The notes beneath the pieces were generated by a model, which did no database searches, was not told the origin of the DNA, and worked only from the letters and a program-made list of their open reading frames with translations. A DNA stretch of 64,000 bases from the NCBI GenBank assembly GCA_965113315.1, contig OZ220363.1, one strand, 5' to 3'. The stretch is from Podarcis vaucheri. Its lineage: Eukaryota. Both the position numbers and the translations under genes were made by a program. Shown one piece after another: positions 34,598 through 46,684 of this stretch; the first letter of the stretch is position 1, and every line of letters begins with the position of its first letter.

Positions 34598-34876
34598 AAC
34601 CTCCCGTTTTTAGCAAGAAACCCAGCCCCATAGACACACTCAAGGGCTCCGATGTCACCCTTCAGTGTGAAATAGCAGGCACACCGCCATTCGAAGTCGT
34701 CTGGTTCAAGGACAGAAAGCAAGTCAGGAGCAGCAAGAAGTTCAAAGTGACAACCAAGAACTTCAGTGCCAGCGTCCACATTCTCAACCTCGAAGCGGCA
34801 GACCTTGGGGAATATCAGTGCAAAGCCACAAATGAGGTCGGAAGCGACACTTGCTCTTGTGCTGTGAAGTTCAAAG
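34598..34876 (+). CDS. TTN: Titin Ig exon (I59)
   Basis: AG/GT, 279 nt, EPPVFSKKPSPIDTLKG; missing from the + ORF track. Confidence 0.93.
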
Positions 34877-34990
34877 GTTAGTAATGAGCGCGACTGCGGT
34901 GCAAAGTCTGCGGGCACGCTTTCCTTTGCCTTTCTTTTGCGGCTTCCTTGCCACCTTCCTCTTACCGTAAGGAATTCTCTTCCCTGCCAG

Positions 34991-35272
34991 AACCTCCTCG
35001 GTTTGTTAAGAAGCTGAGCGAAACCTCCACCTATGCCGGGGAACCCACAGCACTGCGGGCCGTAGTAGAAGGCTCCCAACCCATTTCCGTCGTTTGGCTT
35101 AAGGACAAAGGCGAAATAATACGGGAAAGCGAAAACCTCAAGATTTCCTTTTCGGATAACATCGCAACTCTTCAGATTGCAAGTGCTGAAGCCACCAACA
35201 GTGGGAAGTACATCTGCCAGATTAAAAATGATGCTGGAATGAGAGAATGCGCAGGGCATTTACAAGTTCTAG
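34991..35272 (+). CDS. TTN: Titin Ig exon (I60)
   Basis: AG/GT, 282 nt. Confidence 0.93.
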
Positions 35273-35399
35273 GTTGGTACAGGCACCCATCCCCTTATAA
35301 AGAATTGAATCTTGGCTGCCTTGGCCATTGCAGCTAATTTGCTTCTTAAGTCTTGGTTTTCTCGAAACTCAAGTTTCTGGATTGTCTCCCTCATTCCAG

Positions 35400-35678
35400 A
35401 GCCGGCTGTGATTTTAGAGAAGCCCGAGCCCATGACGGTGACCTCTGGCAATGCTTTTACTCTGGAGTGCACGGTGGGTGGCACTCCAGAGCTAATTGCC
35501 AAGTGGTTTAAGGACGGAAGAGAGCTCACCAACAGCCGCAAGCACCAAATCAGCTTTTCCAACAAGGTGGCGACACTTAAAGTTCTCTCTGCAGACATGA
35601 ACGACAGGGGATTATACACTTTTGAAGTGCACAACGAAGTGGGGAAAAGCAGCTGCTCTTCCTCCGTCGACATTTCAG
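35400..35678 (+). CDS. TTN: Titin Ig exon (I61)
   Basis: AG/GT, 279 nt. Confidence 0.93.
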
Positions 35679-35776
35679 GTTAGCTTGGGATCTTTTTTGT
35701 TTCCCATTTGCCCTTCTCTTCTCTTCTGTCGTTTCTCCTCTTAAAAGTTGGCTCTTTGTTGCCTTTTCCTACCCAG

Positions 35777-36064
35777 ACCACGTCGTCCCTCCTTCTTTTA
35801 TAAGAAGATTGAAAGAAACCTTTGGCGTGCAGGGCTCCTCGGTTGTTTTGGAGTGCAAAGTTGCCGGCTCCCTTCCTATTTCAGTCACTTGGTTTTATGG
35901 AGGAAATGAAATTTTCCCAGGGGACAAATACGAAACCGGCTTTTCAGATAATGTCTGTGCTTTGAAGGTGAATGCTCTGGACTCGTCTGATACAGGTCCC
36001 TACACCTGTGCTGCCCAGAATGTAGCTGGTTCTGACGAATGCAGTGCCTTTTTGACAGCGCAAG
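35777..36064 (+). CDS. TTN: Titin Ig exon (I62)
   Basis: AG/GT, 288 nt. Confidence 0.93.
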
Positions 36065-36194
36065 GTCAGTAAAGGATAGACAAGGCATCCGTTGCAAATC
36101 TTTCCTGTGCGTGTTTATCTTGCTTTCTTGACAACCAGATGTTAGCTACCTGGCACATTTGCGTTAACTTTTTAAATGTTGTGTGTAATTCTAG

Positions 36195-36473
36195 AACCAC
36201 CCTCTTTTGCAAAGACGCCAGACCCGCTGGAGGTTTTACCTGGAATGAGTGTAACGTTCAGGAGTCTGATTAGGGGAACTCCTCCATTCAAAGTGAACTG
36301 GTTTAAGGGGAGTAGAGAACTGGTGCCAGGGAAAACGTGCAACATCACCTTGGCAGATTCATCTGCGGAGCTGGAATTGTTCGAAGTGGGACCACTCCAG
36401 ACTGGAGATTACACCTGCCTTGCCACGAACGATGCTGGCAGTGCTTCTTGCACCACACATCTTTTTGTAAAAG
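36195..36473 (+). CDS. TTN: Titin Ig exon (I63)
   Basis: AG/GT, 279 nt. Confidence 0.93.
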
Positions 36474-36535
36474 GTTTGTCCAGATGCTATTATTATGGCA
36501 TGTACACGTGTTAAGTGTGTGTGCATGTCTGTGTG

Positions 36536-36538
<3 letters not shown>

Positions 36539-36568
<30 letters not shown>
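36539..36568. repeat. (CA)n microsatellite
   Basis: Perfect CA run inside a 159-nt intron. Confidence 0.95.
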
Positions 36569-36571
<3 letters not shown>

Positions 36572-36632
36572 AGAGAGACACCCATATTGCAGTTCTTGGT
36601 TTAACCACTTCTTTCATATGACTTTATCTTAG

Positions 36633-36911
36633 AGCCTGCTGTGTTTGTGAAGAAGCTGAGCGATTTCAGCGTAGAACATGGGAAATCCATAATTCTAGAA
36701 AGCACATTCAGCGGAACTCCTCCACTCGCAGTAACGTGGAAGAAGAACGGCTTAAACATCACACAGTCTCCAAAATGCAATATAACCACCACGGAAAAAT
36801 CAGGCATTCTGGAAATTCTTAATAGTTCTACAGAAGATGAAGGAGAATATATCTGTGAAGTTGCAAATGACGCTGGGGAGGATGTATGTCACGCCCTGGT
36901 ATCAATCATAG
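36633..36911 (+). CDS. TTN: Titin Ig exon (I64)
   Basis: AG/GT, 279 nt. Confidence 0.93.
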
Positions 36912-37016
36912 GTGTGTTGCTGTCTTAATAGTTGGTTAACTATTCTTGTACTAGTTGCCATCTTCTGATGTGCTTAGATTGACTGTGGGTATTGATTATG
37001 ATTATTTCTGCTGCAG

Positions 37017-37295
37017 AACCACCTCATTTTGTTAAGCACTTGGATCACTTGGAGGTGACCATCGGAGAGCCTGCAACTTTACAGTGCCAAGTGGCTGGAA
37101 CACCGGAAATTAAAGTGTCATGGTACAAAGGAGATACCAAACTAAGATCTACACAGGCTTATAAAATGCACTTCAAGAACAATGTGGCTTCACTCGCTTT
37201 CAGCCGGGTAGAGAATGCTGACATTGGCGAATACACCTGCAAAGCAGAAAACAGCGCTGGGTTTGCTACTTCAATGACAACAATCACCATCAAAG
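37017..37295 (+). CDS. TTN: Titin Ig exon (I65)
   Basis: AG/GT, 279 nt; [23 protein letters not shown] resembles mammalian I65 as recalled, which supports the numbering. Confidence 0.93.
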
Positions 37296-37754
37296 GTGAT
37301 GGCTCTTTTTAAAATAATTGACCCTTGTCATATTACACACAATGTTTGTGTGTAATATGCTGAAGTGTGTGACCCACTTGAATCACAGGCATGGGGACGG
37401 GGCTCTCAGCATGTCTACAAGCTGCTTGGCTGAGCTGTAAGGAGACTGAGATAGCTCTGAGTTCTTCCTGTGTCTCCGTGCAGCCTTCCTTCCTTTCCCC
37501 AAACCCTGCAAATTACTGAACTTGCATGAGTTTGAAAGGGATGACTGGATAAGGGTATGGGAGGCACACACAGACCTCCTACTCCCTGTGTGTGCCCATA
37601 TAGGTGTGGGGGGCATGAGGGGTTAGGAACAGAGAACATGGCTCTGTTTATTTTTATTGGAATTCTCCACATGTGCAGGGCATACTGGCCCAGGTATTCT
37701 TTTTAGTCTTCTTGCATGGCCAGTTATCATACCCTGCAATTTATTTTTTTGCAG

Positions 37755-38042
37755 ATGTTAAACTTCCTCCTTCATTCACGAGAAAACTGAAAGACGTGCA
37801 GGAGACTCTTGGTTCTCCTATAGCCTTTGACTGCCGCATTGTTGGCTCTGAGCCGCTTGAAGTGTCTTGGTCGAAGGATGGGGTGCAGCTGAGAGATGAC
37901 GACAACATTCAAACCACCTTCTTAAGCAATATAGCAACGCTTCAGATCTTGCAAACCTCCATGGCTCACGCTGGCCAGTACACTTGCACAGCTCACAATG
38001 CTCTTGGGACTGCTTCTTCCAGTGCCAAGCTCCTACTCACAG
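37755..38042 (+). CDS. TTN: Titin Ig exon (I66)
   Basis: AG/GT, 288 nt. Confidence 0.93.
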
Positions 38043-38205
38043 GTTTGTAAACAACTAAGTCCGAAGTTGTTGCATGCTGGTTCAGTTTTAAAGAACGTGA
38101 ACAAGTCACAGGGCCGTAACAACAGACTAAGAGTTTGCTGTTTGAAGGGAAGGCAATACGTCCTGCCATGCCTTTTCACTTTTTGATTTTCTTTCTTTTC
38201 CTTAG

Positions 38206-38493
38206 AACACCTGAAACCACCATTCTTTGATGTGAAGCCTTTGCCCCTTGACGTTGCTCTTGGGGAAAGCGGTTCTTTCAAGTGTCATGTCACAGGTTCA
38301 GTGCCAATGAAAGTCAGCTGGGCAAAAGATAACCGTGAGATCCGCCCTGGTGGCAATTACAAGATTACACTGGTAGAAAACACTGCCACACTGACCATTC
38401 TTAAAGTAGGCAAAGGTGATGGTGGACTGTATACTTGTTATGCAAGCAACAGTGCTGGGAAGGATTCTTGTGGCGCTCAGCTGAGTTTCAAAG
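38206..38493 (+). CDS. TTN: Titin Ig exon (I67)
   Basis: AG/GT, 288 nt. Confidence 0.93.
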
Positions 38494-38518
38494 GTAATTT
38501 GATGGAAAGTGCTGTCAG

Positions 38519-38563
38519 TTCTTCTTCTTCTTCTTCTTCTTCTTCTTCTTCTCCCCCCCCCCC
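38519..38563. repeat. (TCT)n microsatellite followed by a C run
   Basis: Visible 25 nt downstream of a splice donor. Confidence 0.9.
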
Positions 38564-39844
38564 ATTTTGTAAACATAAAGACATGTTTGAATCTTCCAGC
38601 TAAAATGGGCACAAGTGGGTGGCATTCTGTATCTAGAGTAGCAGCTGATAAAAATCTTCTTGAAGTTATTTTCTTGAGCATATTAATACCACACCGGGGT
38701 TTTCGTTTATTGCTTACAAGCCTGTTTAAAATTAGCAGCCTGTGGAAATTTATTAGGCCGTTAACAGGCTGAACATAGACTCTCCTTTTAATATGTGACA
38801 CTTGAGTTGTGGTATCATGTTTTCCACTGAAGTGCGATTAAGCTGGGATCCAGAATAAGAAAAAAGACTTGGTGTTTATTTGTGCGATAAGAAAATACAG
38901 TGTTGTATCCAGTCTTCTCTCTCCATTGATAGAAGGCTCTTGGATCCACTGGAGGCTTCCATCAGTGGAACAGGGAGGGAGGTGACGTCAAGCAATTCTC
39001 CCTCCCCGCAGTCCACAACCTCTCATACCACCTTTCACTGTGTTTCAAAGGATCCCCCAACCCTCTGGAACACTTTTGATGGGTGCCTGGGGCTGCTGAT
39101 GGGAGGGGAAATTGCAAACATTTCCTTCTCATTCTTCCAATGGAATCTTCCACTCAATCAGTCCAGTGGAGGGACACCACTGGATTGCAACCCATGCAGC
39201 CATTATTTAAATGGGCAAGAGTGTTATGAGCTTCCATAATTTTAACTGGACATAGACAAGCTTTAGGGAAAACTTCAGGCCGGATCTGAAATCATATTAC
39301 ATAGAGAAATCAGCCTTCAGGTATTGCACGTTTAGAAGGAATCTGAGTGGCTATTGATGTAAACAGGCCTGCTGAGTTGTTTCTATCAAGGCCCTTGGCA
39401 TTGTATGAATAGCAGAGATTCAATACATGGAGCTTTCCCCAGCATGATAATGCAACAATAGGGGAAGCTTTACCTGCTGAATATCCTTCTAATGCACAGC
39501 TGTCAAAGGCACAAATTCACTGCTCCCCTGCCTAATCTCAGAATACTAGGCTAGATTTAGAAGCAAGCCAAGCCCCATTCCACAGAGAATGCATATGGAA
39601 GGCACGTTCAGCCAGGTCCACTGCATTTCCCTAGCCTGGTACAGTGCAGTAGTGATGGTAGATGTCAATTCCTGGCTGTCTCCATGCATTCTAGGAGGAA
39701 CGCAAGGATGGAAGAGGAGCAAAATGTTGCTGGGGTAGTGAGCAATATTGACAGCCTCCTTCTTAAAGTTGGAAGGGAGGCTCAAGCAAATAAATCACAG
39801 TGTGGGTTACTAACTCTGGATAAAGTATTTGCAACGGTATGTGC

Positions 39845-40045
39845 ACAAGAGTTCTGCTGGATCAGATCAAAAGGTTCTCTAGTCCAGCATCGTCTTTCCC
39901 ACAGTGGTCAATCAGATGTCTCTGGGAATTCCATAAACAGGAGATGAGGGCAATAGCTCTCTCCCACTGTTTCCCTCCAGCCATTTCTATTTGGAGGCTT
40001 GCTGCCTCTGATCTGATCCTGGAGGTAGTCTACAGCCATCATGAC
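39845..40045 (-). mobile_element. CR1 LINE 3' fragment
   Basis: ctgctggatcag..ctagtccagcatc..cacagtggtcaatcagatg is the reverse of the CR1-type 3' end also seen at 55448. Confidence 0.6.
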
Positions 40046-40427
40046 TTCCTTCCATTGAGGGCCTAATCCTCTGTGGCTATATTTATCAGTTGTATTTCTC
40101 CTTTTTTGTCTTAGTGTAGTGTTGCATATAATGGAGATAATTTAAATTTTACAAGGAGGGGCTGATAGAATCCCCTGTGCTTCTCCAGTCTTTTTATCAT
40201 ACCACCACCATGAAATATACTTCTGAGGCAGATGTGGTTTGAACTGTTCTTGAGTGCTCTATGGCTTGACTTGTAAGGGATCAGTTTGCTGCTGTAGATT
40301 GACCGTAAACTCTTTGCCAGTACACTTTGACAGCTAATATAGATGACACACATTCCTGAGATCTTGCAAAATTAACGCAAGCAATTTTATGTATTCATTT
40401 TCTTTCCTTGTTGTTGTTTTTCAATAG

Positions 40428-40709
40428 AGCCACCGAGGTTTATTAAGAAGTTAGACTCCTCCAGGGTTGTGAAAGAGCACGATTCGACTAGATTTGAATG
40501 CAGAATAGGTGGCTCTCCAGAAATTAACATTGTGTGGTACAAGGGTGAAACTCAAATTCATCCCAGTGACAAATTCAGCATGTCATTCATCGATTCTGTG
40601 GCAGTCATTGAAATGCACGGTCTGAGTGTTGAAGACAGTGGAGACTACACTTGCGAAGCCCAAAACGCAGCGGGTAGTGCGAACAGCAGTACTTCACTGA
40701 AAGTGAAAG
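40428..40709 (+). CDS. TTN: Titin Ig exon (I68)
   Basis: AG/GT, 282 nt. Confidence 0.93.
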
Positions 40710-40970
40710 GTCAGAACCTGATCTTCCTTTGCTTTCTCTACCCTTCCTGTTGTAGAAGGTTGCAAGGGCTTGCCGTCTCCTACTAAGCAAGCCAATATCG
40801 ATTTCCATTAAAGGCCACTAGTAGGCCCCTTTATTTGGAATGGGAAATTTCCTTTGCATGTCTCTTCTCTCCCATTTCATTGCAATCCTTCATTCTTCAT
40901 GGTGTGCTCTCTGTTCTTTCAAACGTTGCTCCTTTGCATTTAACAGAAATCCAAACCTCCTCTTTTGTAG

Positions 40971-41249
40971 CTCCTCCTGTTTTCCGCAAGAAACCGCGGC
41001 CAGTAGAGACTCTGAAAGGTTTCGATGTTCACCTTGAATGTGAGCTTCAGGGCACTCCTCCCTTCCATGTTTCATGGTACAAAGAGAAAAGAGAAATAAG
41101 AAGCAGCAAAAAGTACAAGATCTTGTCTGAGAATTACCTTGCTAGCATTCACATTCTCAACGTTGACACGGCAGACATTGGTGAATATCACTGTAAAGCT
41201 GTCAATGATGTAGGAAGTGACACTTGCATCTGCTCTGTGATGCTGAAAG
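40971..41249 (+). CDS. TTN: Titin Ig exon (I69)
   Basis: AG/GT, 279 nt. Confidence 0.93.
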
Positions 41250-41352
41250 GTTGGTAAAAGACTTTCCATTGCCATGTTTCCCCCAGCCACTCCAGGTTTT
41301 TAAAATCTTACTCTCTTTTCCATCACTTACATATTTTCCACCTCTTGATCAG

Positions 41353-41634
41353 GACCCCCAAGGTTTGTGAAGAAACTTAATGATACCACCGCTGTTGTTG
41401 GGGATCCAGCAGAACTGCAAGCTACGGTAGAAGGTTCTGAGCCGATTTCTGTTGTTTGGATGAAAGACAAAGGTGAAATCATCAGAGAAAGTGAAAATGT
41501 CTGGATGTCATATTCCGATAAAGTTGCCATCCTTCAGGTTGTAAATGCAGAACCAAGCAACACTGGGAAATATACCTGCCAAATTAAAAACGATGCCGGA
41601 AGTCAGGAGTGTTTTGCTACTTTATCAGTTCTAG
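41353..41634 (+). CDS. TTN: Titin Ig exon (I70)
   Basis: AG/GT, 282 nt. Confidence 0.93.
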
Positions 41635-41743
41635 GTTGGTATAGAGTAAAAACAACAACAACACAAAAGCATACGGAAGAATAAATATTTTAGCGTATTA
41701 ACATCTTATTTACAAATGTGACTCGTTTTGCATCTTATTCCAG

Positions 41744-42022
41744 AGCCAGCATCTATAGTGGAGAAACCAGGACCAATGAAAGTCACAACTGGGGATTCTT
41801 GTACTTTGGAGTGTACGGTAGCTGGGACACCAGAGCTGACTGCTCGGTGGTTCAAGAACGGACACGAGCTCTCTTCCGACCACAAATACAAAATCACTTT
41901 CTTCAACAAAGTAGCTGGGCTTAAGATTCTGAATACAGGAGTAGAGGACAGTGGAGAATATACGTTTGAGGTGAAAAACAATGTAGGCCAAAGCAGCTGC
42001 AAAGCATCAGTCCAAGTTTCAG
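41744..42022 (+). CDS. TTN: Titin Ig exon (I71)
   Basis: AG/GT, 279 nt. Confidence 0.93.
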
Positions 42023-42499
42023 GTTAGTTGAATGACTTGAGAATATCCCATCTGCATCTTGATATATGGACTTATCTAATTCAGTGATTTCCTATACTGC
42101 TTAACCACTAAAATTTCCAAGTGCTGGACGATCAAACTAGACAGTGGATAAAATAAATTTGAGTGAATGATTAAAGATGGAAAGCTTCCTTAAAATGCCT
42201 ACTGAAATAAGAAGGTCTTCAAAAAGCGCCTGATGTTGAACAGAGAGCGGGCTGCTCTAATGTTGGCTACGAGAGAGTTCCACACAATTGGACCCACAAT
42301 ACTGGATGTGGAGACACAAGGAGGAGCCATGGACATGCCTCTAAAATGAAGAGAGTGCATATGCCTGCTTTCAAAATCCATCTCAAACTTCTTATGCCAA
42401 TAAATAGTTTAATTATTGTTAAGCCCTTGGGAATCTATTACTTTTTTAAACTAAACTTAACATGCCATAATGTTTCTATCTTTGCTTTGTGTTCCACAG

Positions 42500-42787
42500 A
42501 TCGCATTATACCACCTTCATTCACAAAGAAGCTGAAGGAAACACATGGGCTCTTGGGTTCATCTGCCGTACTTGAGTGCAAAGTAATTGGGTCACCTCCC
42601 ATTTCTGTTTTTTGGTTCCATGACGGAGAAGAGATCACTAGTGGAGAAAAGTATCAAGCAACTCTTACCGATAACACTTGCTCTTTAAGAGTGAATGCTG
42701 TTCAAGAGTCAGATGCTGGAAATTACATTTGCACGGCAACTAATGTAGCTGGATCTGATGAATGTGATGCATATTTCATTGTCAGAG
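42500..42787 (+). CDS. TTN: Titin Ig exon (I72)
   Basis: AG/GT, 288 nt. Confidence 0.93.
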
Positions 42788-42951
42788 GTAAATACTGAAA
42801 CTTAGGTAGATAATAAGAACAGGATATCAGGGGTTGGTTTTTTAAAAAACAACAACACATGTTCCTTATATTCTTTATATCTTTTGTAAATGCAGCCGCT
42901 TGCCTTCCAACCATAACTATGTTTCATTAACCTCTTGTTACGTATGTCTAG

Positions 42952-43230
42952 AACCTCCATCTTTTGTGAAGAAACCAGAACCTCTGCAAGTGTTATCTGG
43001 GGCAAATATAACTTTCACAAGTATCATTAAAGGAAGCCTTCCCCTTAATGTGAAATGGTTTAGGGGTAGCGTTGAACTATCCCCAGGACATAGATGTAAC
43101 ATCTCTCTGGAAGAATCAGTGGCTGAACTGGAGCTTTTTGATGTACTCCCAGCCCAAAGTGGAGACTATACTTGCATTGTTAGTAACGAAGCTGGCAAAA
43201 TTTCTTGCACAACCCAACTCTTTGTAAAAG
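42952..43230 (+). CDS. TTN: Titin Ig exon (I73)
   Basis: AG/GT, 279 nt. Confidence 0.93.
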
Positions 43231-43328
43231 GTTTGTTCTTTGTTTCGGCTTCCTTTGTTTACACTGGAACAAAATCCCAAATCTCAGGCAATTATCTTAA
43301 ACTTTTGCTCTCATGTTGTTTCTGATAG

Positions 43329-43607
43329 AACCAGCGAAATTTGTGAAGAAACTGAATGACTTCAATGTTGAGAAAGGAAAGCAGTTAATCCTGGAATGTA
43401 CATACACTGGGACACCTCCTATTGCAGTGTCCTGGAGGAAAAATGCTATAAACATATCACAGTCAGAAAAATACAGCATCACCACTACTGAAACATCTGC
43501 CATACTTGAGATCTCTAGTAGCAAACTGGACGATGCTGGGCTGTATTCTTGCCATATAGAAAATGACTCGGGACAAGATAATTCACAGTCTACGGTCTCA
43601 ATACTAG
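43329..43607 (+). CDS. TTN: Titin Ig exon (I74)
   Basis: AG/GT, 279 nt. Confidence 0.93.
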
Positions 43608-43719
43608 GTTTGTAGATTGTTTTAAAAGTGACCGCCCTTTTTCATTAACTTTATGGTTGTTGTGACATGTGGAAGGGTCTGGTTGGTTTTGTAACTGAGT
43701 CTGTGTGCTTATTCTCTAG

Positions 43720-43998
43720 AACCACCTTATTTTGTCAGAAGCCTGGAACCTACTCGGGTGACAGTAGGGGATTCTGCATCACTGCAGTGCCAAATTGCAG
43801 GCACACCAGAAATCACTGTGTCGTGGTACAAAGGAGACACCAAACTGAGAGCAACTGCTACCTCTAAAATGCACTTTAAGAACCAAGTTGCCACGCTGGT
43901 GTTCACTCAGCTGGGTAGCAACGATGGTGGAGAGTATATTTGCAAAGCAGAAAATAGTATTGGAGAAGCTTCCTGTTCAGCACTACTGACTGTTCAAG
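43720..43998 (+). CDS. TTN: Titin Ig exon (I75)
   Basis: AG/GT, 279 nt. Confidence 0.93.
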
Positions 43999-44950
43999 GT
44001 GAATATGGCAATATGCTTTTGAAAGCCCCGGAGACAATGATTTGTTGCTCTTTGAAAATGTGCCCGTGCGTCAGAACAGGAAATGCATTCTATGCCATGA
44101 CCCCAGACTTCCTTATTCTTGTGCCTTCATGGTGGTGTTGCAGCAGTGATCTGGCTTTCAAAACTGCTTGTGCCCACAAAGTTTTGACAGTGGACATGCT
44201 GCTTCTTTCCAATCCATGCACATCCCATGGGTCCTGCTAAAATCCTGTAACTTTTCATGCCACACGTTTCATGTAGCGTAGGGGGTTTTGTCCCACTTTT
44301 GCTGTGCTGTGGTGCAAGAGTGTCTCTCTGGGTTATCAGTGAGGGGGTAACACACTGGAGAAGCATGGCATGGCAGGTAATAATATGGAATAATGTGTGG
44401 ACAGTTTAAATCCATCACTATTACACTATTATTGCCTCGATGGCATGGTACAGAATATATCTGCAAAAGATCCCCATGTTTCTACCTGTTCTTTATTCCT
44501 TAACAGCAAATTTCCATAGATTTAATATAAACAAGTTATGGTGCTTCACTATAGAACCATCTGTGTCATGGACCTGGCTAGAACTTCTCTATGATGTAAC
44601 TTCGTTCCTGCCCACAGGATTCAATCTTTCTGTTCTTGCTAATAGTAAATAATCAAACATCAGCTAACCTTTAAAAATGAATTCCATCTTCTATGCCATT
44701 CACTATTTATCAGTAATGTTTGAAAAAAAGACAATGACTCCCATTCAAGTTTAGCAGCCAATTAAGCTAATTCTCACTTATTTCAATTGGATTTAGTCAT
44801 CACTGCCTTTAGCTAGATTGGGGACATATGTTGCTACAAATGTGCATACTATTTAGCTCTATGAAAAAATCTTAAGCAGTGGAAATATAGTACAACAACT
44901 GAAACATTCAGTCAACAACACTACAATGTACAATATTTGTTCCCTTGCAG

Positions 44951-45238
44951 AGCTTAAACTTCCTCCTTCATTTCCCCGGAAATTAAGAGATATTCACGAA
45001 ACTGTTGGATTACCAATTACATTTGATTGTGGCATTACTGGTTCCGAACCCATTGAAGTAACCTGGTATAAAGATGGCGCACAAATAAGAGATGGCTATA
45101 ATGTGCAAACGTCATACTTAAACAACGTTGCAACTCTGCAGATCTCACAAACTGACATGAGTCTTGCCGGACAATATACTTGCACAGCTTCCAATGCTAT
45201 TGGAACTGCTTCTTCTAGTGCCAAACTCATCCTTACAG
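44951..45238 (+). CDS. TTN: Titin Ig exon (I76)
   Basis: AG/GT, 288 nt. Confidence 0.93.
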
Positions 45239-45437
45239 GTTTGTCAAGTGTCAAATGTACTTTTCTTTGATGTCATCAATGGGATGTTTCCCCACTTACG
45301 GGCCTATCCTAAATGATGAATATGCTGTGACTTGGGCCTCTTCCTGCAATTACCATGTGTTTCTTTCTTAACAACGTAACTCATCTGGATTAACATGTGC
45401 AAAGTTACACCTTGTTTTTACTTCTTCCAATCTTTAG

Positions 45438-45725
45438 AAGGGAAGACTCCTCCGTTCTTTGACATCCCAATTGCACCTGTTGACGCCGTTGCTGGTGATG
45501 GTGCTGACTTTGAATGCCACATTTCTGGAACACGCCCAATAAAGGTTACTTGGTCAAAGGATAACCGAGAACTGCGAACTGGAGGGAACTACCAGATCAG
45601 CTATGTGGAAAATATAGCCCATTTGACAATTCTGAAAGTTGGCAAAGGGGATTCTGGAAAATATACGTGTCATGCTAGCAACGAAGTTGGAAAGGACACT
45701 TGCACAGCTCAACTTAATATTAAAG
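45438..45725 (+). CDS. TTN: Titin Ig exon (I77)
   Basis: AG/GT, 288 nt (tandem TAGAAG acceptor). Confidence 0.92.
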
Positions 45726-46393
45726 GTACCGGGTGCTTAATCTGTACCAGCTTCCATTATATCATATTGGCTTCTCTCTAAAGAACAGTGAGCAGATTTT
45801 CACATGTGGGAAGGGTTTTGTTTTTGTTTACTTCTCCCCGCATCTTCCAAAAAGTCACATTTGAATTTCAGAGGATGACCTGCAATAGTGTGTTATGCAG
45901 TGCAGGAGGTGGCTGTACCTGGCATTGGAATCAACAGACTCTGGAGACCCCTCGTATGAGTGCCTTCCACTCGCCTAGGAGGTCTCAGAGTTCAAGCTAC
46001 AATGACAAAGTGATGCTTTGGAAAACCTCACAACATCTGTATTTTGACAAGACATACTGGAGGAAACTGAAAATACACATTGAAGAGTGTTTGGGTGGTA
46101 GTCCATGGCATGTGAGCGGATTTCCATTTGTCCATTGGGACTTCCCCTTCCTCTCCTTCCCCATGCAGTCCTATGAACTCCCACAAATATGTTCTTGGGG
46201 GGCACTCAATCCTCTGGAGCAGATTTGTGGGAACACTTGGTCTTCGGGGGAAACCGAGAAGAATGGGAAGTCTCATCATGCAAGTGCAAGTTTGTTCTGC
46301 TGGATGTGAGCCACTGACAGTAAATGGGGAAATCCAGGAGAATAGAAGACAGTTGTTCGGAGGGTGACAAAGATTTTTCTTCCTTTCTGACAG

Positions 46394-46684
46394 AACGACA
46401 GACTCCACCTTCCTTCACCAAAAAGCTTTCAGAAACTGTAGAAGAGACAGAAGGGAACACATTTAAACTTGAGGGCCGTGTTTCTGGCTCCCAGCCTTTG
46501 ACTGTTGCCTGGTACAAGAATAACCAGGAGATTTATGAAAGCCCTAATTGCGAAATATCATTCAAGAACAACACTCTTCTCCTTGAAATTAAGAATTCAG
46601 GACAAGCTGATGCAGGTTTATATACCTGCAAAGTGTCTAATGAGGCTGGGAGTGCACTCTGTACTTCTTCTGTGGTTATTAAAG
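46394..46684 (+). CDS. TTN: Titin Ig exon (I78)
   Basis: AG/GT, 291 nt. Confidence 0.93.

Noticed and set aside
34456-35259. 267-aa minus-strand ORF and many other antisense ORFs
   Set aside because: These are antisense shadows of titin Ig exons, with no recognisable domain or independent gene structure
45788-46408. Overlapping 126-173 aa ORFs in the I77-I78 intron
   Set aside because: No Ig or PEVK features and no convincing splice sites; consistent with chance ORFs
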